DNA of 34,408 nt from Octopus bimaculoides (lineage: Eukaryota): contig NC_068981.1 in NCBI RefSeq assembly GCF_001194135.2, forward strand, positions 145,926,361-145,960,768, given 5' to 3'. The position numbers and the translations under genes were made by a program. This document shows positions 10,845 to 21,872 of the stretch, in pieces (the stretch's first letter is position 1; every line of letters starts with the position of its first letter). Below the pieces are notes generated by a model. That model did not search any database. It was not told the DNA's origin and saw only the letters and a list, made by a program, of their open reading frames with translations.

Positions 10845-11227
10845 TTTTATTCTTGTTTCAGTCATTTGACTGCAACAATGCTGGAGCACCACCTTTAGTC
10901 AAACAAATCAACCCCAGGACTTATTTTTTGTAAGCCTAGTACTTATTCTAGTAGTCTCTTGCCGAACTGCTAAGTTACGGGGACGTAAACACACCAACAT
11001 CGGTGGTCAAGTGACGGTGGGGACACACACACACACATACAGACATAATCACACACACACATATACGACGGGCTTCTTTCAGTTTCCGTCTACCAAATCC
11101 TCTCACAAGGCTTTAGTTGGCCCAAGGCTATAGTAGAAGACACTTGCCCAAGGTGTCACACAGTGGGACTGAACCTGGAACCATGTGGTTGGGAAGCAAG
11201 CTTCTCACCACACAGCCACTCCTGAGC
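10841..11227 (-). mobile_element. SINE family A
   Basis: Full-length reverse-complement match to 8324-8747. Confidence 0.9.
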
Positions 11228-11270
11228 ATATATATATGTCAGGAGGCACAAGCACTTACACAACGGTAAC

Positions 11271-11560
11271 TTCCACCTACCAAATTCAATCACAAGGCTT
11301 CAGTCGGCCTGAGGTTATTGCAGAAGATACTTGCTCAAGGTGCCATGCAGTGGGACTGAACCCAAAACCATGTGGCTGGGATATATATATATTTTAGCTT
11401 TTATTTGTTTCAGTCATTAGACTGTGGTCATGCTGGGGCACTGACTTGAATGTTGGTTGAATGGATTGGTTCCAGTATTTTTTATTTTTCTAAGTCTGGT
11501 ACTTATTCTATTGGTCTATTGCCAGCCATTAAGGTATGGGGGGACATAAACACACCAACA
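11271..11560 (-). mobile_element. Two partial SINE family A pieces (head 11271-11380, tail 11397-11560)
   Basis: Matches to the family A head and tail segments. Confidence 0.7.
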
Positions 11561-11974
11561 AACCCATATATATCTGTCTAGTAGATAGGTATACTCTACC
11601 CCCTTTACATTTCCATTCCCCCCACATTATTTACTTTCATCTTATCTTACCTTCATGCACAGCTATGTATAATGTACCACCAGTGTATAATCTTTGCTGA
11701 TACTGCACACCTCCTACACAACCCTTTCACTATCTTATCATTTAATTCTTTCTCATTAACCCTTCGATGCTACTTTTCACTTCTCTCACAGTAAATCTGT
11801 CTTTTTACATCATAGAGTTACTCTCTTTTGCTTTGAAAGTCACAGGGTAACCAAACAGTTCTGGTGGCACAAAAGGCACCCAGTACACTCTAAGTGCTTG
11901 ATAATTTATCTGAACAATGACAAGGCCAAATTTAAAAAGACTCTTTAGTCTTACTTGTAGTAATGCAACCCTTT

Positions 11975-12157
11975 TAGTGCTGGCACCATGAAAAATGCAC
12001 TCTGAACATTGTAAAGTGGTTGATGTTAGAAAGGGCATCCATCTGTAGAAGCCATGACAAAAATGACACAGTGGAAGATGTGGTGTTATGATCCATTGAA
12101 TCCTGATGAATTGTCATTCCCTTGCCAGCATGGAAAGCGAAAGTAGAATGATAACGA
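11975..12157 (+). mobile_element. Family C / RTE-tail repeat, degenerate
   Basis: gtggttgatgttagaaagggcatcc...ttgccagcatggaaagcg. Confidence 0.7.
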
Positions 12158-12386
12158 TATGTGTATATAAAATAAAAAATAAAAAAATAAAAAAACACTC
12201 AGCACAAAAAAGATGATTAAGGTCATAAATATATTCTGTTCTTTTTTTTGCTCCAGCATGGCCGCAGTCAAATGACTGAAACAAGTAAAAGAATATATGT
12301 ATATGTCAAAATGCGCTCTCAGCTAGAGTTAAGGTTATGCCTGTTGAGGCAAACACACATGTCCACAGCTGTTCTCTTACCTCCAG

Positions 12387-12404
12387 ACAGTCTTTTCCTT
12401 AAAG
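12387..12404 (+). CDS. Candidate 18-nt micro-exon, host gene A
   Basis: Strong acceptor gttctcttacctccag and donor AAG|gtatgt; two frames open (TVFSLK or SLFLK). Confidence 0.4.
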
Positions 12405-12494
12405 GTATGTCATGTTGGAGGATTCATGGGAATATCCCCACTTTTCATTTGAAATTGTCCCAGTTACCACCAAGTGATTGTTATACCTTTTCAG

Positions 12495-12518
12495 AAAAAT
12501 GGAGATAATTTAAACTAA
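12495..12518 (+). CDS. Candidate terminal coding exon of host gene A
   Basis: ttataccttttcag acceptor 90 nt after the 12405 donor; stop follows quickly in either compatible frame; AATAAA at 12669-12674. Confidence 0.3.
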   Translation, partial: KNGDNLN

Positions 12519-12826
12519 TCAAGAATTTAATCGTGTATTTAATAGCTACCCTTATTTAAATTTTGGTGCATGTACACATACGTACACCCATATATCTATA
12601 TGCACACACACACCCGTACATACAGCTACATGCATTTGTTACAGAGGATATGGAATTGTTTCAGTTCCAATAAAAGCGCGCGCGCGCACACACACACACA
12701 GACGTGTGTGTTCTGTTTTACTTTATCCATGTTCTAAGGTAGATAAATAGTCAAATTGCTTGACATCTCTTTGGTCAGATATATCCATCAACGGGTGAAA
12801 ATCCATATTTGTTCTTATGTGTATGT

Positions 12827-13015
12827 GGGAGATCAGTCGATCATAATGACTTCAGTTCTCGACTGGTGTGTGTGTGTTTTTTTTTATCGATTCCCAGAAT
12901 AATAAACGATTTAAGTCGTCGACCTGGCGAGATTTAAACTCGGAACGTAAAGGGCCGTAACTAAATTCTGCAAAGCATTTTGTCCAACGCTCTAACGATT
13001 CTGCTAATCCACCGC
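12827..13015 (-). mobile_element. SINE family B (diverged, CpGs preserved)
   Basis: Homologous to 10531-10746. Confidence 0.75.
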
Positions 13016-13243
13016 TGTCAGTCTAAAAATTACATGTATATGTATTATATGTGTAATAGATACTACAAATACAGATGTCACATAAGTATCAGATAACGTT
13101 TGGGGGACTGCTTCTTGCTTCAGAGTGATTATCCATCTCGATTTCTGTCATTTATATCTCGAACGACCAGACACACAACCACGCATACACGCACACACAC
13201 ACGCACATACACAACGACACAACGGTCTCTTTAATTTGAAAAT

Positions 13244-13275
13244 ATGTCGAAAAAAAAGCGGACTGCCAGATCAAA
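13244..13275 (+). CDS. Candidate first coding exon of host gene B (MSKKKRTARS)
   Basis: A-rich start context gaaaatATG, open basic peptide, AA|gtaagt donor, inside the CpG island. Confidence 0.5.
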
Positions 13276-13359
13276 GTAAGTGCCAAAAGTTATTCTTATT
13301 ATTACACCGATGGTAACTATTAGCACATGAACGAAAGCATCACAGAGCATGTTATTGGT

Positions 13360-13401
<42 letters not shown>

Positions 13402-13938
13402 AAGGTCCATACTAGACTACAGTTAATTTGTTTACATAGATGCTCAGACAACCCCAAAGCTAACATGAAACCCCCCACATACACATGCTTGGATTGGTGA
13501 TGATTGCATCTTTCCGTTTTGAAAAACAATAGTTTAATATAGAACTGGAATAATAATTGATTGTTTATTTCATCTGATACATCACTTTTATTAATTTTTT
13601 TCTTTAAGTATTCAGTAGTAATATTTCTCGCCTTTTGGGGGATGGGCTTAAAAGGTTTAAAATGATGGTTTGATTATAACATTTTGTTAGTATCCTAATT
13701 TATTGTCATTTTCCATTTCAAATAGATCTGTTTATTTGTACACATAAACATACACAGCTTATATTCTCGATGCTGTTATCTGTTGAATGTTTATAAATCA
13801 ATATCTTTTCTGTTAAGGCTGAATGGAATGTAAGTAAAAACGAAGGCTTCTAATGAGCAATTATTATATATCCCACGATATGTGCACCAGCATGACCGCA
13901 GCCACTTGGCTGAAACACATAAATAAATAAATAAATAA

Positions 13939-13970
<32 letters not shown>

Positions 13971-14019
13971 GTTTGGTATTTATGAGAATATAATATATAC
14001 GCATGTCATGCATGTTCCT

Positions 14020-14200
14020 GTTTAGCCCTAGGTCAGCCCTGGTCGTGCAAACATGATCAAACGCATTCTAACTGTGACCTCACACCTTTTTTGTATTCGG
14101 ACTATATCAGTATGTCCATTCTTAAGACAGAGGAGGATATGGTTGGAGGGCTATTTAGCTGCTGTTACTGGCATTGAACGGCGACGTAGTTGTTCATTTG
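14020..14200 (+). repeat. Dispersed repeat family D
   Basis: gtttagccctaggtcagccctg...gctatttagctgctgttactggc; a short relative lies at 15133-15200. Confidence 0.6.
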
Positions 14201-15616
14201 GCTCGTTGTGCACGCGTGTAACACATCTGTATACGTTATACATATATAATCACGTGTCATACATATACATATATGCATTTAAAGTGTATAGTATAAGTAC
14301 ATTTTATTGTTATTCATGCATTTGTGTATATCTGCATGCCTTGTAGATTTGTACACACCTGCGTTTGAATATGATATTTATGTGTGTGTGTGTTTCTGTA
14401 TATATCTATCTGTATATATATTCGTGAGTGTTGTCTGTGATATATTTTACACACACGTGTGAGATACTTGTAACTTTTTAGTTTTCTTTGTCGTCTTCTC
14501 ATTTCTGCTTCTTACATACGATCGTCCTCTTGCATATGAATGTTATTATCAGTCATATCGTGGACGAGTCACTTTCAGTTTTCAACACACCATTCGATGC
14601 CAAGCATGCACATATCTGATTTATTATAAGAAACTCTCTCCCGTTGCACCCGGCTAACAATTTCACTGAACGAACGAGTTGAAGGAATATGTATATATAT
14701 ATATATATATGTGTGTGTGTTTGAGAAATTATTGAAATTAAGTTTTGGGGTCTTTCGAAGCATGCAGAATTATGCTGCGTGTTTTCGTTTTTAAATAGGT
14801 AAATTAAAATATAACGTCATTTATATGTTGTTTTAAGGAAGGTATCCCATAGCGGTTTAGCTCATAAAATGACGCGAGATATTTAGTTTGTCGGCCACAC
14901 ACACAATGAGAGAGAAAGAGAAAGGAGAATCAGGTGATTGTTCTGACCGAAGGTAGTCGTTTGAGGACATCATCGTTTACAGTTTTGAATTCGATACAAA
15001 AATAAAAACAATTGGTAACGAAGTAGCTTTCCGTGAGTGATGAACACAAGTGAGATGTCATAAAACAGAGAGGGGTTATCCCGACCGGTGGCGCATTAAA
15101 AAACTAAACTGGTATTCCATCAAATAAATGATTGTTGTTGTTTAGCTACAGGACCGATCAATTGACTAAAGGCATTTCGGTTGTGAACATTCCCTTTTTT
15201 AGGAGTTGGTTTATGTGTATATCTTTCTCTTATTAAATGTTTGGGTGAAAATAAAAAAATTGTCAGCTATTGTTTCTAGCCAGTGAAGCGATCTCGTAGA
15301 CAGTCCTTCGTAGCTTCCTTTATCACTGGTTATTCTTATTGATATTATAGTTTATGTAATTAGCTATTTTTCTCATGCACAAAATATGCCTTTATTGTTT
15401 CTTCACTATTATCTATATCTGAACCTTACTTCAGCTATTTCGTTGCGTGCCCTGGTCAAGGAGAAACTGCTTACTTCGTTTACCAGAGGTTCTAGTTCAC
15501 AGTCGAAAGGTTAATAACAGGAAAGATATTCAACTGTGCCCTTACTCCAACCCTATTATATAGATTAATAAAAGAAACGTGTTTATGGAAAAGCTAAAAA
15601 TAAAAGATCGCATCAT

Positions 15617-16401
15617 NNNNNNNNNNNNNNNNNNNNNNNNNNNNNNNNNNNNNNNNNNNNNNNNNNNNNNNNNNNNNNNNNNNNNNNNNNNNNNNNNNNN
15701 NNNNNNNNNNNNNNNNNNNNNNNNNNNNNNNNNNNNNNNNNNNNNNNNNNNNNNNNNNNNNNNNNNNNNNNNNNNNNNNNNNNNNNNNNNNNNNNNNNNN
15801 NNNNNNNNNNNNNNNNNNNNNNNNNNNNNNNNNNNNNNNNNNNNNNNNNNNNNNNNNNNNNNNNNNNNNNNNNNNNNNNNNNNNNNNNNNNNNNNNNNNN
15901 NNNNNNNNNNNNNNNNNNNNNNNNNNNNNNNNNNNNNNNNNNNNNNNNNNNNNNNNNNNNNNNNNNNNNNNNNNNNNNNNNNNNNNNNNNNNNNNNNNNN
16001 NNNNNNNNNNNNNNNNNNNNNNNNNNNNNNNNNNNNNNNNNNNNNNNNNNNNNNNNNNNNNNNNNNNNNNNNNNNNNNNNNNNNNNNNNNNNNNNNNNNN
16101 NNNNNNNNNNNNNNNNNNNNNNNNNNNNNNNNNNNNNNNNNNNNNNNNNNNNNNNNNNNNNNNNNNNNNNNNNNNNNNNNNNNNNNNNNNNNNNNNNNNN
16201 NNNNNNNNNNNNNNNNNNNNNNNNNNNNNNNNNNNNNNNNNNNNNNNNNNNNNNNNNNNNNNNNNNNNNNNNNNNNNNNNNNNNNNNNNNNNNNNNNNNN
16301 NNNNNNNNNNNNNNNNNNNNNNNNNNNNNNNNNNNNNNNNNNNNNNNNNNNNNNNNNNNNNNNNNNNNNNNNNNNNNNNNNNNNNNNNNNNNNNNNNNNN
16401 N
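15617..16401. other. Assembly gap
   Basis: N run, with (AT)n on its right flank. Confidence 1.
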
Positions 16402-16432
<31 letters not shown>

Positions 16433-16693
16433 CATACATGCCAGTCTCTCTACCCTGCAGGTGGAGGCAGAATTTACAGTAATATTTTATATGCATCCAC
16501 TACTGGTTGCATATTCTTGACTTTTTGCACATTACATCCACCGATATTACAACTATTATATAATTCTGAGCCCCCAGAAACAGCTGTCGGACATCTCACC
16601 TTAGTTTTCTATATCTTTTACACTCCATGTAAATCTGTTCTGTAAATATATTAATGTCTGTATGAATTCATATAGCGGACATATAATTGTTAA

Positions 16694-16818
16694 AGAGGAC
16701 AACAAACCTTAAGGCAAGGCAAGCATCTCAAGTCATATACGTTATTATTGAATTTTTTTCCCAATAATAATGTATATGACTTGAGATATTTGCTTTTCCT
16801 TAATGTTTGTTGTCCTCT
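16694..16818. mobile_element. Fold-back MITE with TTAA TSD (Kolobok-like)
   Basis: TTAA|AGAGGACAACAAAC...GTTTGTTGTCCTCT|TTAA; the arms cover almost the whole element. Confidence 0.7.
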
Positions 16819-16892
16819 TTAACAATTTTATATATATATATATATATATAATCATAACTGGATGGGATTGGGATGTTTATATCTACAGTTGT

Positions 16893-17170
16893 GATTAAAG
16901 AATAGTAACAGAATTAGAAAAGAAATTCTAGTTGTGAAAACAAAACCTGGAATTGAAGGGCCTAACTTAGTAAAGTCTGAAGTTCTAATAAGCAGGGAAG
17001 CAGATAGGACTCTACCTACTTCAAGTAAATGGCCTTAATTTGTAGGAAATGTGTGGGTAGGAATTCAGTATGGTGTATCCAGTGCAAGCTGTGGACACAC
17101 ACAAGAAGTGCAATCACAGGAAGATTAACAGAGAAAGTAGCATTTGTGTGTGGAAGAGTGTACTGGATGC
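16893..17170 (+). mobile_element. RTE LINE RT fragment with Cys-rich insertion
   Basis: Frameshifted TELEKKF..QNLELKGL..KSEVLISREADRTLPTSSKWP, then ICRKCVGRNSVWCIQCKLWTH...GRLTEKVAFVCGR. Confidence 0.8.
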
Positions 17171-18009
17171 TCAAACATGAGAGAATTTGTTATGTCCCTT
17201 GTAAAGATTCTTCTTGGTCTTATGTTTCTACTCATTCACCACAGAGTATGTATCTATAACCATAGTTGCAGGGAATATGTGTGTGTGTGTATACATACAT
17301 ATGTCCATACACACACCCACAAATATTTCAGTTACCATAGTTATAGGGCAGGGATATATCTCCCTTGCTTTGGTTTTAACACCACTGCCTAGTCCTTTAC
17401 TGCCTTTAGCTGAGTCCATTCTCTTGCAAGCATTTGGGCCAGGGTTCTGGTTTGAGGATACCTTTCTCCCTCTCTCTCACCAGTCTGAGAGGACCAGAAA
17501 AATGTTGTGGGTACTGCTACACTCTCTTGATGAAACAATATCACAATTACAGCATATATCAGTAATCATGTATAGTCTCAACATACCATAGATTACTTTT
17601 TAAGCATGTTATAAACATTGTACATACTCTTCTTAAGTCTTTCTGTATGGTCAACTAGTCACTGACACCTGGCTTACTGTTGTTTCCAGTGGGTCTTTTT
17701 TGACGGTTTACTTCAGAGCAAAATAAGTTATTAAAATGTTGATTTCTGACACTGGTACTAAGTCATATGTTTCTGCGGGAAGTATGTAATCAATTAATCA
17801 AACTAACCTCCATATTTGACTGGTACTTTATATATTTATCTCTCCCCTGAAGGATGACATGCAATTTTCACATCATCAGGATATTGCAGTCATCGTTATC
17901 ATTTAACATCTGCTTTTCCATGCTTGCAAGGGTCAGACAGAATTTGTTGAAGCAAGTTCTCTTCTCTAGTTAGATGTACACATGCACACATATGTGCACA
18001 GATACACAC

Positions 18010-18155
18010 ACACACACACACACGATGGGCTTCTTTCAGATTTCATCTGTCAGATCTACTCAAAAGGCTTTGGTCAGCCTGGTGCTGTAGCAGAAGACAC
18101 TTGCCCAGGGTGGCACGCGGTGGAATTGAACCCAGAACCATATGACTGGGAAACC
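18010..18155 (-). mobile_element. SINE family A head fragment
   Basis: gatgggcttctttcag...agaagacacttgcccagggtggcacg. Confidence 0.75.
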
Positions 18156-18877
18156 AGTGTTGTAATATTTATAATAATTTGTAATTTTTCATTAACAAAG
18201 ACAATGTCTGTTTAAGAAGCTAAACCTGACATCCTATATCTAACAGTTAGAATATATATGATCCATCTTATACAACAGATGAAATGCTTAAGGTGATTTC
18301 CTAAATGGTAACGTATGTAATTTAAGTAAGTTCTTGACTTCACTTTGTTTCCTTCTCCAGTCATTTCCTTTGATTCATTTGTCAGGATAAAATAAGATGA
18401 GAGGTTAATCTAGTGTTAATTGAAGTGTTAGCTTCACAGTGTAACATCTGCATAAATTAGTTTTAATCAGATATAAGATAGATTAATGACTTGCAGTAAT
18501 GGTTTGCGATTATTCAGCAAGATAGTGAGGGAGTTATATCAGAAAGTGAGGTTAAGATGTCTAACTTCAAACAATAGCGCTGCCACAAGGGAAGAGGATT
18601 ACTATTTATAATAAAGGCAACAACAACAACAACAAATGTACTATTACAGAGCATTATTGTCTGTAAGCATATCTTCTCAACGAAAGGGATCTATAATCTC
18701 TGCTTTAATGCCAATTGCACATTTTCTAATTTGTTAATCCATGTGTAGCAAACTAGCAAATGTTAAGCTTGTTGAATGTTGTACTGAATGTGTGAGGAAT
18801 CCCTATTTCATATACAGTCTGTGTATGATTAATGTATGCAATTAGCTATTATAATTAATGTGTGGCTCTTTTCTTAG

Positions 18878-19580
18878 TGCATGACTTAGTAGTTAAGGCA
18901 GTGGAGGCACAATGGCCCAGTGGTTAGGGCAGCGGACTCGCGGTCATAGGATCGCGGTTTCAATTCTCAGACCGGGCGTTGTGAGTGTTTATTGAGTGAA
19001 AACACCTAAAGCTCCACGAGGCTCCGGCAGGGGATGGTGGTGAACCCTGCTGTACTCTTCCACCACAACTTTCTCTCACTCTTACTTCTTGTTTCTGTTG
19101 TGCCTCTAATTCAAAGGGTCAGCCTTGTCATAGTGTCGCTCTGAATATCCCCGAGAACTACGTTAAGAGTACACATGTCTGTGGAGTACTCAGCCACTTG
19201 CACGCTAATTTCACGAGCAGGCTGTTCCGTTGATCGGATCGACTGGAACCCTCGATGTCATAAGCAACGGAGTGCCAACAACAACAAGTAGTTAAGGCAT
19301 TCATCTTACTATCATAAGGTTGTGACTTTGGTACTTGACAGTGCATTGTGTCCTTGAGCAAGACATTTTATTTCATGTTGCTCCAGTCCACTCAGCTGGC
19401 CAAAATGAGTTGTACTTGTATTTCAAAGGGCCAGCTTTGTCACACTCCGTCCTGCTGAACCTCCCTGAGAAATATGTTGAAGTTGTGTGTCTGTGGAGTG
19501 CTCAGCCACTTGTACGTTAATTTCATGAGCAAGCTTTTCCATTGATCGGATCAACTGCAATACTTGTCATCATAACGAAT
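18878..19580 (+). mobile_element. Older tRNA-derived SINE (family F) split by an insertion: 18878-18900 plus 19300-19580
   Basis: The head gcatgacttagtagttaaggca is rejoined after the insertion to ...ttgtgtccttgagcaagaca...; its 3' half is shared with family E. Confidence 0.75.
18901..19286 (+). mobile_element. Young tRNA-derived SINE (family E) with 13-bp TSD
   Basis: A box tggcccagtggttagg, B-box-like ggtttcaattc, (CAA)n tail; agtagttaaggca duplicated at 18888-18900 and 19287-19299. Confidence 0.9.
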
Positions 19581-19706
19581 GCTATCAATATCAAGTCATC
19601 CCATTGATAACTGTTCTGTTATTTTTAGTTTTAAAATATCTTAATTGAATGTTTATACAACCTCCTTCTCACACAAGATACCATGTTTAATTACAATTTA
19701 TAAGTT

Positions 19707-19942
19707 TGTGTGTGTGTGTGTGTACCCTTGTCTTGACATCATCTAATGGTTGTAAATGAGCATCTCTGTCATACAAGTGGTGTTGGTTTCCAGTCTTACG
19801 TGAAAAGCAAGAGTAGCCATGAGGAAATATTATCTCATTCAGGAACAGGTTAGGGTTGGAAACAAGAAGGGCATCCAGCTGCAGAAACTCTTCCTCAACA
19901 AATTCTGTATGACCCATGCTAGCATGGGAATGTAGACATTTG
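19707..19942 (+). mobile_element. SINE variant A2 3' half (RTE-like tail)
   Basis: (TG)n-cccttgtcttgacatc...aagggcatccagctg...cccatgctagcatggg. Confidence 0.7.
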
Positions 19943-20023
19943 ATATCTAAAATAAACCAGCCAGTAATATAAAGTTATCTGTAAGAGTTCAAAGAAACTT
20001 ATAAGAAGAAGAAAGTTACATAC

Positions 20024-20329
20024 AGGTGCAGATGTGGCAGTGTGGTAAGAAGTTTGCTTTCCAACCACATGGTTCTGAGATCAATCCCACTATGTGGCAA
20101 AGGTCCCTATTATAACATCGGGCTGACTAAAACCTTGTGAGTGGATTTGGGAAGCTGAATGAAGCCCATCATATAGAAGCGTGTGTGTGTATCTTTTGTT
20201 TGTTCCCCACCACCATTTGACAACTGGCGTTGGGTTGTTTTATGTTGATTTGTTTGACTAAACCTTTTAAAGGCAGTGCTCCAGTATGACCACAGTCCAA
20301 TGACTGAAACAAGTATAAAAGATAAAAGA
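20024..20329 (+). mobile_element. SINE family A (internally deleted, old)
   Basis: Head and tail match family A. Confidence 0.8.
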
Positions 20330-20747
20330 AGAATGCCATGAAAGTTATGAATGAAATCTACACTCCAAGAAGTATATTTTACTCATTAGTTTCAATTTGT
20401 GTGCCTCGTTCACAATGTTCTATTCAAGTTATGTGTTATTCTTATTGACAGGAGCCATATATCTTAGGCTCTACATTAATCAACAGTTAGATTTCTCCCT
20501 GCCCTCTTAACATGTCTTTTCAGCTGTTTTGATTACAGCTTTCAGTGTTTAATTTTGATAAGATAATAAATAGCAGCTGATCACAATAATAGTGTTACTG
20601 AAACCTATAAATAAATTAAGTATTCCAGAGCAGTGGTAGGGAGTCTTTATTTTTGCCAGGGGGTAAACAGTAAGTGCATATGAACTTGTGCAGGCACATT
20701 TGTATTAAGTAGAATAATGGATCTTAATCTTGTTTGCAGCATATACA

Positions 20748-21134
20748 TACTCTTTTACTTGTTTCAGTCATTTGACTGCGGCCATGCTGGAGCACTGCCT
20801 TTAGTCGAGCAAATCGACCCCAGGACTTATTCTTTGGAAGCCTAGTACTTATTTTATCGGTCTCTTTTGCCGAACCACTAAGTTACAGGGACGTAAACAC
20901 ACCAGCATCGGTTGTCAAGCGATGGTGGGGGGACAAACACAGACACACAAATACACATATGTACATATATACGACGGGCTTCTTTCAGTTTCCGTCTACC
21001 AAATCCACTCACAAGGCTTTGGTCGGCCCGAGGCTATAGTAGAAGACACTTGCCCAAGGTGCCACGCAGTGGGACTGGACCCTAAACCTTGTGGTTGGGA
21101 AACAAGCTACTTACCACACAGCCACTCCTGCGCC
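20748..21134 (-). mobile_element. Full-length young SINE family A
   Basis: Reverse complement starts ggcgcaggagtggctgtgtggtaagtagc and is highly similar to 8324-8747. Confidence 0.9.
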
Positions 21135-21458
21135 TATATGTGAATTTCGATTTTAAGACTTAAAATTTTTGTTCTCAAATGAATATTTAGAGAACGAGGT
21201 GTAGATGAAATTTTGGTTGCATTCACTCTGGATTCATCATCATCATCATCATTTAACTATTTGGCATTCAGATTACTTCCTCAAATGTAATGCTTATTTA
21301 ATTCACATTCTTTTGAATTAATCATGCATTATCCTGTAGCTTTCAGATTTCAGTGATGTGATCGTATATTTTTAGAAAGACTTCGTAATTATAGGGTAGT
21401 TGCTAGAAGTCAGATCTTGACAGTTTGAACATAAGGCAGGTAGAATATTGGTTTCAAA

Positions 21459-21650
21459 TTTTGGCACAAGGCCAGCAATTTCGGGGGTGGGGGAGTAAGA
21501 TGATTAAATTGACCCAGTGTTCAACTGGTACTTATTTTGTCCACCCTAAAAGGATGAAAGGCAAAGTCGACTTCGGCAGAATTAGAACTTGGAATTTAGA
21601 GATGGACGAAATGCTGCTTAGCATTTAGCCCAGCCTGCTAGCAGTTCTGC
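21459..21650 (-). mobile_element. SINE family B
   Basis: Homologous to 10531-10746. Confidence 0.8.
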
Positions 21651-21702
21651 CTTGGGCTGGATATGACTGGTTTAAATGCTAATGGGTTAATTGTACAAAT
21701 TC

Positions 21703-21831
21703 AGCTTGCTTCATAACCACATGGTTTCGGGTTCAGTCCCACTGCATGACACCTTGGGCAAATGTCTTCCATTATAGCCTCAGGTCAACCAAAATCTTGG
21801 GAGTAGATTTAGATGGAAACTGATTGAAGTT

Positions 21832-21838
<7 letters not shown>
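21703..21838 (+). mobile_element. SINE family A head
   Basis: gggttcagtcccactgcatgacaccttgggcaaatgtcttc. Confidence 0.8.

Positions 21839-21868
<30 letters not shown>

Positions 21869-21872
<4 letters not shown>

Larger units (their letters stand above)
12675..15616. promoter_or_regulatory. CpG-retaining (probably unmethylated) promoter-like island
   Basis: By-eye count about 28 CpG in 14450-15110 versus about 4 in 4200-5800; contains a candidate first exon. Confidence 0.6.

Noticed and set aside
17400-17500. Minus-strand peptide YPQTRTLAQMLAREWTQL resembling a Tc1 C-terminus
   Set aside because: Too short, with no catalytic motif or TIR.
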